Positions 20,278 through 29,166 of a stretch of DNA of 64,000 nucleotides are shown here, piece by piece. This DNA is from Dehalococcoidia bacterium (lineage in GTDB: Bacteria > Chloroflexota > Dehalococcoidia > UBA2979), in the NCBI GenBank assembly GCA_964291495.2, contig OZ219871.1, forward strand, positions 1,440,001 to 1,504,000, written 5' to 3'. The position numbers were made by a program, and so were the translations under genes. Below the pieces are notes generated by a model. It had not been told where the DNA came from. It made no database searches and worked only from the letters and a program-made list of their open reading frames with translations. Numbering within the stretch: position 1 is the first letter of the stretch; every line of letters begins with the position of its first letter.

Positions 20278-20368
20278 CGGGCCTGTCCTCCTCGATCGCG
20301 CCGCAACGATACCTGCGGGACGGGGCGCTGCTAAGGTCGTGAGCGCCGATGCGGAATGGGGCGGAGCG

Positions 20369-21281
20369 ATGGCGGATCTCGGCGTGTGGACGGTTGCGCG
20401 ACGCGCCGAGCGTTAGCGCGACCAGGTCGATCTGGAGGACGCAACTCGAGGACTGGATCGCCAACGACTCGTCGCTGCTCGCCGACGGGCTCACCATCGT
20501 CGCCAGCTGTGGTTCGAGGGCGGACCGCTCGACCTGCTGGCGATCGACGAGCAGGACCGCTGGGTAGTGATCGAGCTCAAGCGCGCGCGGCTCTACCGCG
20601 ACGCGATCACCCAGGCGCTCGACTACGCGTCGACGAATGGACTCCGAGGATCTCGAAGCCCTGCTGCGGGTCTCGCCGTCGGCGACGCGGAGGAGCTGTC
20701 GCGCGGTGCGGCGGCAACTGGTAGACCTGAGGAGGCCCCCGCGAGGTGGCCGTGCTGCTCGCCGGTCTCGGCGTCGATGCCGGGCTGGAGCGCATCGTCG
20801 CGCACCTCGGCGGCTACGGCGCCGATCAGCATCGTCACATTCGAGGCCTTCGAGGTGTGACGGTCCCCGCCTGCTGATCCGCGAGGTCACCGAGGAGCAC
20901 GCGTCACGAACGCGACGGCCCGGCCAGCGTCGATGAGATCCGCCAGCTCGCTGAGAGCTGGTGTCGAGGCGCAGTTTACGAGCGCTTCCCAGATGTCGCG
21001 GACCTCGATGCTCGTAGTGCGTTCCTTACGAGCGGGCGTCTCGATCGCCCCCGCTCGGACGCGAGGCTGATTGACGCACCGCGGGACGCATGGCATGTCA
21101 TCGCGGTCCACCCGGAAGTGTTCGCCGAGTTCTTCCCGCCGCTGACCGAAAGCGAGCGAAGCCTTCGGCCCGCCGGGTCCTTTCCGGGCACTTCACCGGC
21201 GCCGACCTCGACGCGCGGCTCGACCAGATCGAGGCGTTCCTGAAGAGCCTGCCGCGCCCTGACGACGACGAACCGGAGTAG
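20369..21281 (+). pseudogene. Heavily frameshifted NucS/DUF91-like PD-(D/E)XK endonuclease
   Basis: Fragments QLEDWIANDSSLL, GPLDLLAIDEQDRWVVIELKR and AITQALDYAS across several frames. Confidence 0.75.
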
Positions 21282-21290
21282 CCCCAGCCG

Positions 21291-22364
21291 TCACCCGTCG
21301 AGGTAGTTGAGGCCGAGGGCGGAGCGGACGTCCGCCATCGTGTCCTGCGCGACGCCGCGGGCGTGCTCCGTGCCGCGGGCGAGCGCCGCGCGGACCTCGG
21401 CGGGGTTCGCCTCGTAGTGGGCGCGGCGCTCGCGGATCGGGTCGAGGAAGGTGTTGAGCGCCGCCGCCAGCTTGCGCTTCACCTCCACGTCGCCGACGCG
21501 ACCCGTGCGGTAGCGGTCCTTGAGGTCGTCGACCTCCTCGGTGTCGGGGTTGAAGGCGTCGTGGTACATGAAGACCGGGTTGCCCTCGACGTGGCCGGGG
21601 TCGGTGGCGCGCAGCCGCGTCGGGTCCGTGTACATGCGCATCACCTTGCGCTCGACCGTCTCGGCGTCGTCCTTGAGGTCGATCGTGTTGCCCAGCGACT
21701 TGCTCATCTTCGCGTTGCCGTCGATGCCGACCAGGCGCGGGATGCGGCCGACGAGGCCGTCCGGCTCGGGGAAGACGTAGCCGAAGCGGCGGTTGAAGCG
21801 GCGTGCGACCTCGCGCGTCATCTCGATGTGCGGCAGCTGGTCCTCGCCGACGGGCACGAGGTGCGCGCGCGGCATCAGGATGTTGGCGACCTGCATGATC
21901 GGGTAGGTGAAGAAGGCGACGGGCACGGCCCCGCGCTCGCGCACCACCTGCCGCTTGCCCTCGCGCTCGGCCTCCTCGAAGGACATGCCGCGCTCCTCGA
22001 GCTCCTCCATCTCGGCCTTGAGGGTCGGGTTGCGTTCGAGCCGTCCCATGCCGATGAACCAGCTGAGCAGCGTCGTCAGTTCGGCGTGCTCGGGCACCAG
22101 GCTCTCGATCACGAAGTGCGAGCGATCGGGGTCGAGCCCGACGGCGAGCCAGTCGGTGGCGACCTCGATCACGGCCTCGCGGACGCGATCGATGTCATCG
22201 GCGTGGTCGGAGACCTGGTAGTCGGCGATGAGGAAGAAGCACTCGTACTCGTCCTGCAGCCGGAGCCAGTTCTCGAGCGCGCCCGCGTAGTGCCCGAGGT
22301 GCAGCGCCCCGGTGGGCCGCACCCCGGTCAGGATCCGCTGTCGCTCCTCGCCTGCCTCGCCCAT
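21291..22364 (-). CDS. trpS: Tryptophanyl-tRNA synthetase
   Basis: TGVRPTGALHLGH, VPVGEDQLPH and KMSKS. Confidence 0.97.
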   Translation of the reverse strand: MGEAGEERQRILTGVRPTGALHLGHYAGALENWLRLQDEYECFFLIADYQVSDHADDIDRVREAVIEVATDWLAVGLDPDRSHFVIESLVPEHAELTTLLSWFIGMGRLERNPTLKAEMEELEERGMSFEEAEREGKRQVVRERGAVPVAFFTYPIMQVANILMPRAHLVPVGEDQLPHIEMTREVARRFNRRFGYVFPEPDGLVGRIPRLVGIDGNAKMSKSLGNTIDLKDDAETVERKVMRMYTDPTRLRATDPGHVEGNPVFMYHDAFNPDTEEVDDLKDRYRTGRVGDVEVKRKLAAALNTFLDPIRERRAHYEANPAEVRAALARGTEHARGVAQDTMADVRSALGLNYLDG

Positions 22365-22500
22365 CGCTCCGTGCCTCCTCGCGTCGAGGGTATCGCGAGT
22401 GGGGGAGGGGGGCGAGGGATGGGTAGACTACGGAGGTGGTACGCTCGATACCGCGAGGCCACAGTCGGCGCGTGGTGCGCAGGGTTTGAGGAGTGGAAGC

Positions 22501-22803
22501 ATGGTTGCCGGGGCGCCCGAGCAACTGCGCGACGATGCGCTTGCCTTCTTTCGGAGCGAGGATCTTCCCGATTCGCTGTGCTGGGTCGAGGAACTCACGC
22601 CCCTGCAAATGCGCCTGTTCGCGGTTGAGCTCTCTGACGCGCTGAAGGACTGCCTCATCACGGGCGACTACCGGCAGTTGGTTACAGTCATAGAGGGCTG
22701 GGAGGCTACTGCCGAGGTCATGCGCTCGCCAGAGATGATGGCAGCGATTAAACGGCCGGTGGATCTCGACGAATACACCTCGTTGTCCGAGCTCACGGAG
22801 TGA
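22501..22803 (+). CDS. Acidic 100-aa putative antitoxin
   Basis: GAGGAG RBS; lower GC; W...L.......F..EL and WEATAEVMRSPEMMAAIK resemble the C-terminal toxin-binding part of Phd/YefM-type antitoxins. Confidence 0.55.
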   Translation: MVAGAPEQLRDDALAFFRSEDLPDSLCWVEELTPLQMRLFAVELSDALKDCLITGDYRQLVTVIEGWEATAEVMRSPEMMAAIKRPVDLDEYTSLSELTE

Positions 22804-23095
22804 TGTAGCCGGGTCGGCTCCGCTCCCAGTCTGGATGCGGACCCACGTAGATGACCAGCACCAGACCCTGGTCCTCGTCGATACGGTAGATCAGTCTGCG
22901 CCGACGACTCACCACGACCTGGTAGTGGTCCGTAAACGGCTCTCTGAGCGCCTTGAGCCTGCCCGGAATGGCCGCTGTCGGTGTCTGCCTGACGTGACCA
23001 CCCAGGAGAGCGAGCAACCGATCGCGGACACCCTGATCCCATGACTCGATCTCTTTGAGGTGGTCTGGACGGAACCGGACATCGTAGAGCGGCAG
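22793..23095 (-). CDS. RelE/ParE superfamily toxin (probable CTG start)
   Basis: Frame is open upstream of the TTG ORF: (M)PLYDVRF...LKAL...HYQVVVSRRRRLIYRIDE...VLVIYVGPH, the RelE pattern. Confidence 0.75.
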   Translation of the reverse strand: MPLYDVRFRPDHLKEIESWDQGVRDRLLALLGGHVRQTPTAAIPGRLKALREPFTDHYQVVVSRRRRLIYRIDEDQGLVLVIYVGPHPDWERSRPGYITP

Positions 23096-23104
23096 ATCGG
23101 GCCC

Positions 23105-24767
23105 CTACATCCGCTCCGGCGCCGAGATGCCCATCAGGCCGAGCGTGCGCGCGAGGGTGAGGCGGGTGGCCTCGAGGAGCAGGAGGCGCGCGCGGCTCAG
23201 CGCCTCGTCGTCGCCGAGCACGCGGCACTGCGTGTAGAAGACGTGGAACGACTGCGCCAGCTCCTGCGCGTAGTGCGGCAGGCGGTGCGGCGCCAGCTCT
23301 TCGACGACCTCCTCGATCACCTCGGGCAGCAGCAGCAGCTTGCGGATCAGCGCCTGCTCCGCCTCGTGCGTCAGCAGCGAGGGCTGCGCGCCCTCGGCGG
23401 ACAGGCCCTGCTCGTCGGCGTTGCGGAGCACGCCGGCAATGCGCGCGTGCGCGTACTGCACGTAGTAGACCGGGTTGTCGTCCGACTGCCGCTTCGCCAG
23501 CTCCAGGTCGAAGTCCATCGCCGAGCCCGCCGAGGAGAGCAGGAAGAAGAAGCGCGCCGCGTCGCGGCCGACCTCGTCGACGACCTCGCGCAGCGTCACG
23601 ATCTCGCCCGCGCGCTTGGAGAGCGGCACGACCACGCCGTTCCGCTTGAGCGTCACGAGCTGGTAGAGCAGCACGTCGAGGGCGTCGCCGTCGCCGCCCG
23701 TCGCCGTCACGCCGGCCTTGACGCGCGAGACGTGGCCCTGGTGGTCCGCGCCCCAGACGTCGATCACGCGGTCGAAGCCGCGCTCGATGAACTTGTCGTA
23801 GTGGTAGGCGATGTCCGTGGCGAAGTAGGTCGGCTGCCCGTCCGAGCGGATCAGCACGTTGTCCTTCGACTCGCCGAGCTGCGAGGAGGCGAACCAGACC
23901 GCGCCCTCGCGCTCGACGACGTGACCGTCCTCGCGCAGCAGCGAGAGCACGCGGTCGTAGGGGCCGCCCTCGACCTGCAGCGAGCGCTCGGCGAACCAGC
24001 GGTCGTAGCTCACGCCCATCGCCTCGAGGTCCTCGCGGATCTGCTCGACCATGAGGCGGATGCCCTCGTCGCCGAGTTGGGCGTCGGGCTCCTCGCCCTC
24101 GGGGCGCAGGAGGGCGTCGCCGTGCTCGCCGCTGGAGGCGGGCGGCGACGTCGCGCACGTACTCGCCGGGGTAGCCGTTCTCCGGGATCTCGGCGTCGCG
24201 GCCGAACAGCTGCTGGTAGCGGGCGTAGAGGGTGCGCGCGAAGATCGCGACCTGCTGGCCGGCGTCGTTGATGTAGTACTCCTCCTCCACCTCGTGCCCG
24301 GTCGCGCGCAGCACGGCGGCGAGCGTGGAGCCGATGGCGGCCCCGCGCCCGTTGCCGACGTGGATCGGCCCGGTCGGGTTGGCGGAGACGTACTCGACCT
24401 GCGTCTTGCTGCCGCCGCCGAGGTCGAGCTGCGGCCAGGCGTCACCTTCCTCGGCGATCGCGCGCGCCTGATCGGCGGCCCAGGCGGGGTCGAGGTAGAG
24501 GTTGAGGAAACCGGGCGGGGCGACGCGCACCTCGCCGACGGCGGGGTGGTCGGGCATGCGCGCGCGCAGCGCCTCGGCGACATCGAGGGCGCGCATGCGG
24601 GCGAGGCCCTGGATACGCAGTGGGAGGTTGGCGGCGAAGTCGCCGTGCTCGGGGCGCTGGGGGTGTTCGAGGGTGACCTCGGGCGCGGCGAACGCGGGCA
24701 GGTCGCCCGCCTCCTGCGCGGCGGCGAGTGCGCGTTCGACCAGTTCCCGCAGCTCTTCGCGAATCAC
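23105..24767 (-). CDS. argS: Arginyl-tRNA synthetase; frameshift near 24135 (probable sequencing error)
   Basis: EYVSANPTGPIHVGNGR, YYINDAG, WGADH, LSKRAG and NPVYYVQYAHAR split over two frames. Confidence 0.95.
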
Positions 24768-24874
24768 GTCACGCCCAGTCTATCGCGCGTGGCGTCGCGC
24801 GCGAGGGGTGGGCGGCGCTGCGGGGGAGGGGTATCCGTAGTCGAGGGTGCGGCGCGGACTCCCTCGGCATCCCG

Positions 24875-25399
24875 TCAGAAGGCCAAGATGACCGTCAGTG
24901 CGATAAAGGCGACATCGATCTCCAAGACAACCATAAGGGCGAGAAGCTGATATCTGCCCTTCTTTATCCGTAGCTTCTCCGCATTTTCTTCCACGAGTTG
25001 GTAGATCGCCTCAGTTAACCGGTACTTTGCAGGCAACTCCTCATTGTCGGCGGCGATCCTGAGCACATTCTCTCCGCCTAGATCCAGACCCAGTGCGATC
25101 CGCTGAATGCGCCAGAAGAATAAGAAAACTAGAAGAAACAGGCATAGGATGGCCACGGCGGCCGCGACAGCCCAATAGGGCAGTTCATCCATGTCGCCAA
25201 GTCGGAACACAACGGTGCCGGGGAACACTGCGAGGATCGCGAGGGCTAGCGTCAGCATTCGCTCTGCCTTCGCCTCGACCCTGCTGCTCTCTTGCGACTG
25301 CCCGTCGAGTGTTCGAGTGGCTTGGTCGTAGGCGACGTTTGCCGCCTCGTAGTGAGGTTCCCCGTTCGTCTCACCAGTCGAATCAGAGGCACTCTTCAA
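24875..25399 (-). CDS. Low-GC 3-TM membrane protein, Pycsar-effector/DUF5706-like topology
   Basis: E-x-K-A..ML-TM-TM-loop-N...L..KK..Y-TM; visibly lower GC than flanks; start uncertain. Confidence 0.55.
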   Translation of the reverse strand: MKSASDSTGETNGEPHYEAANVAYDQATRTLDGQSQESSRVEAKAERMLTLALAILAVFPGTVVFRLGDMDELPYWAVAAAVAILCLFLLVFLFFWRIQRIALGLDLGGENVLRIAADNEELPAKYRLTEAIYQLVEENAEKLRIKKGRYQLLALMVVLEIDVAFIALTVILAF

Positions 25400-25513
25400 T
25401 GGGTTGTTCCCCGTTCCGTAGGAAGTAGCGGCCAGCGCCGGATCGTGTAGATGATATCAGAATATGTGTTCGCTTTGCGAGGTGCGCACCGCAGGGGGGT
25501 AGGCGACTCCCGC

Positions 25514-26800
25514 CTACCCCCCGATCACCCCGTCCCGCCGCAGCGCCGCGATCGCCGAGGGCGCAAGGCCCGCCTCGGCGAGCACCTCGGCGGTGTGCGC
25601 GCCGATCGGGGGCGAGGCGCGCTCGATCGAGGTCGGGGTGGCGGAGAGCTCGACGACGGGGGCAACGACGCGCTGCGGGCCGGTCACCTCGTGCTCGATC
25701 TCGCGCATGTGGCCCGCCGCGACGACCTGCGGGTCGTCGGCCAGCTCTTCCGGGAGCAGGACCGGGGCGATCGGGACGCCATCGGCGCCGAGCGTGTCCA
25801 TCCACTCGCCCGTCGTGCGCTCGGCGAAGCGCGCCGCCATGTAGGCGACCCGCTCGTCGCCGTAGGCGATGCTCGCGGGGTCCGAGGCGTCGTAGTCCGG
25901 GTCGTCGGCGCGGTCGTCCGTGATCTCGAGCGCCTCGCGCACAAGCGCGCGCGTGCGAGGCGTGATCGCGCCGAGCATGATCAGCCCGCCGTCCGCGGTC
26001 TGGTAGGCGTGGCTGAAGCCGCGCAGCGCCGCCGTGTCCGACTGCCGCTGCCCCGCCCGCACATCGAGGATCTCCTCGTAGCTGCCGCCGCGCGCGCGGA
26101 TCGCCCGCACCTCCTCGATCATCGGGTCGCGCGTTGCGGCGTCGCTGACCGGCTCGCGCATCACGACGGTGTCCTGGATCGCCAGCGAGGAGCGCAGCAG
26201 CGAGGCCTCCACGCGCTGGCCCTCGCCCGTGCGCTCGCGGTGGAAGAGCGCGGCGAGGATGCCCGCCGCACCGGAGAAGCCCGCCGAGTAGTCGGCCAGC
26301 GCGGTGGCCGCGAGGTGCAGCGGTTCGCCCTCGGGGCCGACCTTGGCGCCGCCGACGATGATGCCGGCGAAGGCGGTCATCGTCGGGTCGGTCGCGGTGC
26401 GGTCGCTGAGCGGGCCGCCGTGGCCCCAGCCCGTGATCTCGCAGTAGACGAGGTCCGGGCGCAGCTCGCGCAGCGTCTCGTAGTCGAGCCCGTAGCGCTC
26501 GGCTGCGCCGGGCCGCAGGTTCTGCGTCACCACGTCGAAGTGCGGGACGAGCCGCCGCGCGAGATCCCTCCCGGCGGGCTGACTCAGGTCGATCGCGATG
26601 CCGCGCTTGTTGCGGTTGAGCGACTGGAAGCGCTTGCCCTCGTTGGGAACGATCGCGCCCCAGCGGCGGTGCTGATCGCCGTCCGGCGGCTCCACCTTGA
26701 CCACGTCCGCCCCGAGGTCGGCCAGCACGCAGCCGAGAAACGGCGCGGCCACCACCTGCGAGAACTCGAGGACGCGGACACCCTCGAGGGCGCCGCTCAC
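25514..26800 (-). CDS. CaiB/BaiF CoA-transferase
   Basis: LADLGADVVKVEPP, NRNKRG, NLRPG and catalytic D in ALADYSAG. Confidence 0.92.
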   Translation of the reverse strand: MSGALEGVRVLEFSQVVAAPFLGCVLADLGADVVKVEPPDGDQHRRWGAIVPNEGKRFQSLNRNKRGIAIDLSQPAGRDLARRLVPHFDVVTQNLRPGAAERYGLDYETLRELRPDLVYCEITGWGHGGPLSDRTATDPTMTAFAGIIVGGAKVGPEGEPLHLAATALADYSAGFSGAAGILAALFHRERTGEGQRVEASLLRSSLAIQDTVVMREPVSDAATRDPMIEEVRAIRARGGSYEEILDVRAGQRQSDTAALRGFSHAYQTADGGLIMLGAITPRTRALVREALEITDDRADDPDYDASDPASIAYGDERVAYMAARFAERTTGEWMDTLGADGVPIAPVLLPEELADDPQVVAAGHMREIEHEVTGPQRVVAPVVELSATPTSIERASPPIGAHTAEVLAEAGLAPSAIAALRRDGVIGG

Positions 26801-27579
26801 GCGCCGCCCTCGGAGCGACCGCGCCAGGGCTCGTGCTGCTTGGCGCTGCCGCGTGTCTGATAGAGCATCATCTGGCGGAACAGGTCCGCCTGCTCGGTCG
26901 CCGCGAGGCCGGCGTCGTAGCCGTAGCGCAGCGACTCGCGCGCGAGGCGCAGCGCCTGCGGCGGGTAGGAGATGATCTCCTGCATCGTCTCGCGCGCCGC
27001 CGGCAGCAACTCGTCCGGCTCGTGCACGGAGACGACGAGGCCGATGCGTTTCGCCTCCTCGGCGCTGACGGCGCGCCCGGTGAGCGCCATGTGCAGCGCG
27101 TTGCCGCGCCCGACGAAGCGCGCGAGGCGCAGCGTGCCGCCGTAGGCGGGCAGGATGCCGAGGCTGGTCTGCGGCAGCCGGAAGCTCGCCTCGCTGCTGG
27201 CGAGGATGAAGTCCGTACAGCAGCACATCAGGCAGCCGACGCCGATCGCGTAACCGTTGACGGCAGCGATCACCGGCTTCGAGTAGGCCCCGAGGACGTC
27301 GAAGATCGGGCTGCCCTGGTGCTCCTCCAGGTAGGACTCGGCGTCGTCGACGTTGTGCGTCGACTCCTCCTTGAGGTCGGCGCCAGCGCTGAAGGCGCGT
27401 CCCGCGCCGGTGAGGATGACGCCGCCGACTTCCGGGTTGGCCTCGGCGGCGATCAGCTCCTCGACGGTGTGCGCGCTGACCTCGCTGCCCCAGGCGTTGA
27501 GGCGGCTCGTGCGGTCGATCGTGACGACGGCGACGCCGTCGCCGACCTCGGTGCGGGCGTAGCGGGGAGAGTCGCTCAT
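26797..27579 (-). CDS. Enoyl-CoA hydratase/isomerase family protein
   Basis: GRAFSAGADL and KPVIAAVNGYAIG. Confidence 0.92.
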   Translation of the reverse strand: MSDSPRYARTEVGDGVAVVTIDRTSRLNAWGSEVSAHTVEELIAAEANPEVGGVILTGAGRAFSAGADLKEESTHNVDDAESYLEEHQGSPIFDVLGAYSKPVIAAVNGYAIGVGCLMCCCTDFILASSEASFRLPQTSLGILPAYGGTLRLARFVGRGNALHMALTGRAVSAEEAKRIGLVVSVHEPDELLPAARETMQEIISYPPQALRLARESLRYGYDAGLAATEQADLFRQMMLYQTRGSAKQHEPWRGRSEGGA

Positions 27580-28181
27580 GCGTCGCCTCCCCAGCGCTCC
27601 CAGTGCAGCACCTCGTCGATCGGCTTGCGGCCGAGCGGGCCGAAGCGGCCCATCGGCCAGCCGACCGGGATAGTCGAGCCGATGTAGACGTCGTCGGGGA
27701 TGCCGAAGTGCGCCTTGATCTCGTCCTCGGCGCCGGCCTGGAACGTGGTCATCGCGGCGCCGAGGCCGAGGCCGCGCGCGGCGAGCAGCAGGTTCTGGGT
27801 GGCGGGGAAGATCGTGGACCACATCGTCGCGCGGATCGGGCGTTCGGCAGTCGGGTAGGCGTTGCGGACGCAGCAGAAGATCACGGCGGGCGTCTCGTGG
27901 AAGTGAGTGATCAGGTAGCGCACCGCGCGCATCATCCGCCCCTGCGCGTCGTCCTCGGGAGGTCTGCTGAACTGGCCCATGCGGCGCTGCAGGATGTCCG
28001 CGAGGAACTGCATGTCCTCGCGGTTGGTGACGACGACGAAGCCCCAGTGCTGCGTGTTGCCCGCCGAGGGCGCGCGCGTCGCCGCATGCACCAGCTTCTC
28101 GAGCAGCTCGCGCGGGACGGGGTCCGGCTTGAGCCGCCGCATCGCGCGGTTCGTGTCCATCGCCTCGAAGAGGTCCATCAC
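27576..28181 (-). CDS. Nitroreductase family protein
   Basis: RAMRRLKPDPVP, RAPSAGNTQ.W and QNLLLAARGLGLG. Confidence 0.92.
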   Translation of the reverse strand: MMDLFEAMDTNRAMRRLKPDPVPRELLEKLVHAATRAPSAGNTQHWGFVVVTNREDMQFLADILQRRMGQFSRPPEDDAQGRMMRAVRYLITHFHETPAVIFCCVRNAYPTAERPIRATMWSTIFPATQNLLLAARGLGLGAAMTTFQAGAEDEIKAHFGIPDDVYIGSTIPVGWPMGRFGPLGRKPIDEVLHWERWGGDA

Positions 28182-28213
28182 GTCTCCTTCCGGTGGTCGC
28201 GCGCTGTCGGGGT

Positions 28214-29095
28214 CTACCCGCGGTAAGCCTCGATGAAGCTGGTGATCGCGTCGATGTGCTGCTGGGGCGAGGTCAGGCCCGCGTTCATCGTGTTGAACGA
28301 GAGGTGCGTCGCGCCCGCCTCTTCCCAGCTCTCGGCCATCGCGAGCTGCGCGTCGAGGTCGCCGTCGAGGACGGCGGCGCGGGTGCAGAGCGCGATCGCG
28401 TCGGGGTCGCGGCCCGCCTCGCGCGCGTGCTCCCTGATCCGCCCGAAGCGGAAGAGGATGTCGTCGCGGTTGCGCTCGTGATCGTCGGGGAACTGGTCGC
28501 GCGGGATGAAGCCGGAGCCGTAGCGGCCGCAGCGGCGCAGCACGGGGCTGGACATGCCGCCGAACCAGATCGGGATCTCGCGCTCAGGCCGCGGGTTGAT
28601 GCCGGCGTGGCGCACCGTGTCGAAGCGGCCCTCGAAGGTGACGAGCTCCTCGGTCCAGAGCCGCTGCAGCAGCTCCAGCTGCTCCTCGGTGCGGCGGCCG
28701 CGGCGGTGGTAGTCCTCGCCCAGCACCTCGAACTCGACCTGGTTCCAGCCCACGCCGACGCCGAGGATCAGCCGCCCGCCGGTGAGCAGATCGACCTCGG
28801 TGGCCTGCTTGGCGACGAGGGCGGTCTGGCGCTGCGGCAGGATCAGGATGCCCGTGACGAGGTCCAAGCGCTGCGTGATCGCGGCGAGGTAGCCGAACAG
28901 CACGAACGGCTCGTGGAACATCGACTCGTGCGTGTAGGGACCGATCAACGTGTGCTTCGAGGGGTCCGCGCCGATCACGTGGTCGAAGGCGACGAAGAAG
29001 TCGTAGCCGAGCTCCTCGGCGGCGACGGCGAAGTCGCGGACCGGTCCGGGATCGCTGCCGATCTCCGTCTGTGGGAACACCGCGCCGAGTTGCAT
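28214..29095 (-). CDS. LLM-class (probably F420-dependent) oxidoreductase
   Basis: MQLGAVFPQTEIG, DHV, FHEPFVLFGYLAA and LPQRQTALVAKQA. Confidence 0.92.
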   Translation of the reverse strand: MQLGAVFPQTEIGSDPGPVRDFAVAAEELGYDFFVAFDHVIGADPSKHTLIGPYTHESMFHEPFVLFGYLAAITQRLDLVTGILILPQRQTALVAKQATEVDLLTGGRLILGVGVGWNQVEFEVLGEDYHRRGRRTEEQLELLQRLWTEELVTFEGRFDTVRHAGINPRPEREIPIWFGGMSSPVLRRCGRYGSGFIPRDQFPDDHERNRDDILFRFGRIREHAREAGRDPDAIALCTRAAVLDGDLDAQLAMAESWEEAGATHLSFNTMNAGLTSPQQHIDAITSFIEAYRG

Positions 29096-29166
29096 CGTCA
29101 CCCGCCTTCCGGCTGCCGCAGCCCGAGCCGCGCTGTGCGGCGCCCCGGCGGGCGCCTCGGTGGGGG

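Noticed and set aside
24125-24150. Programmed frameshift in argS
   Set aside because: No slippery heptamer; many neighbouring indels point to sequencing error
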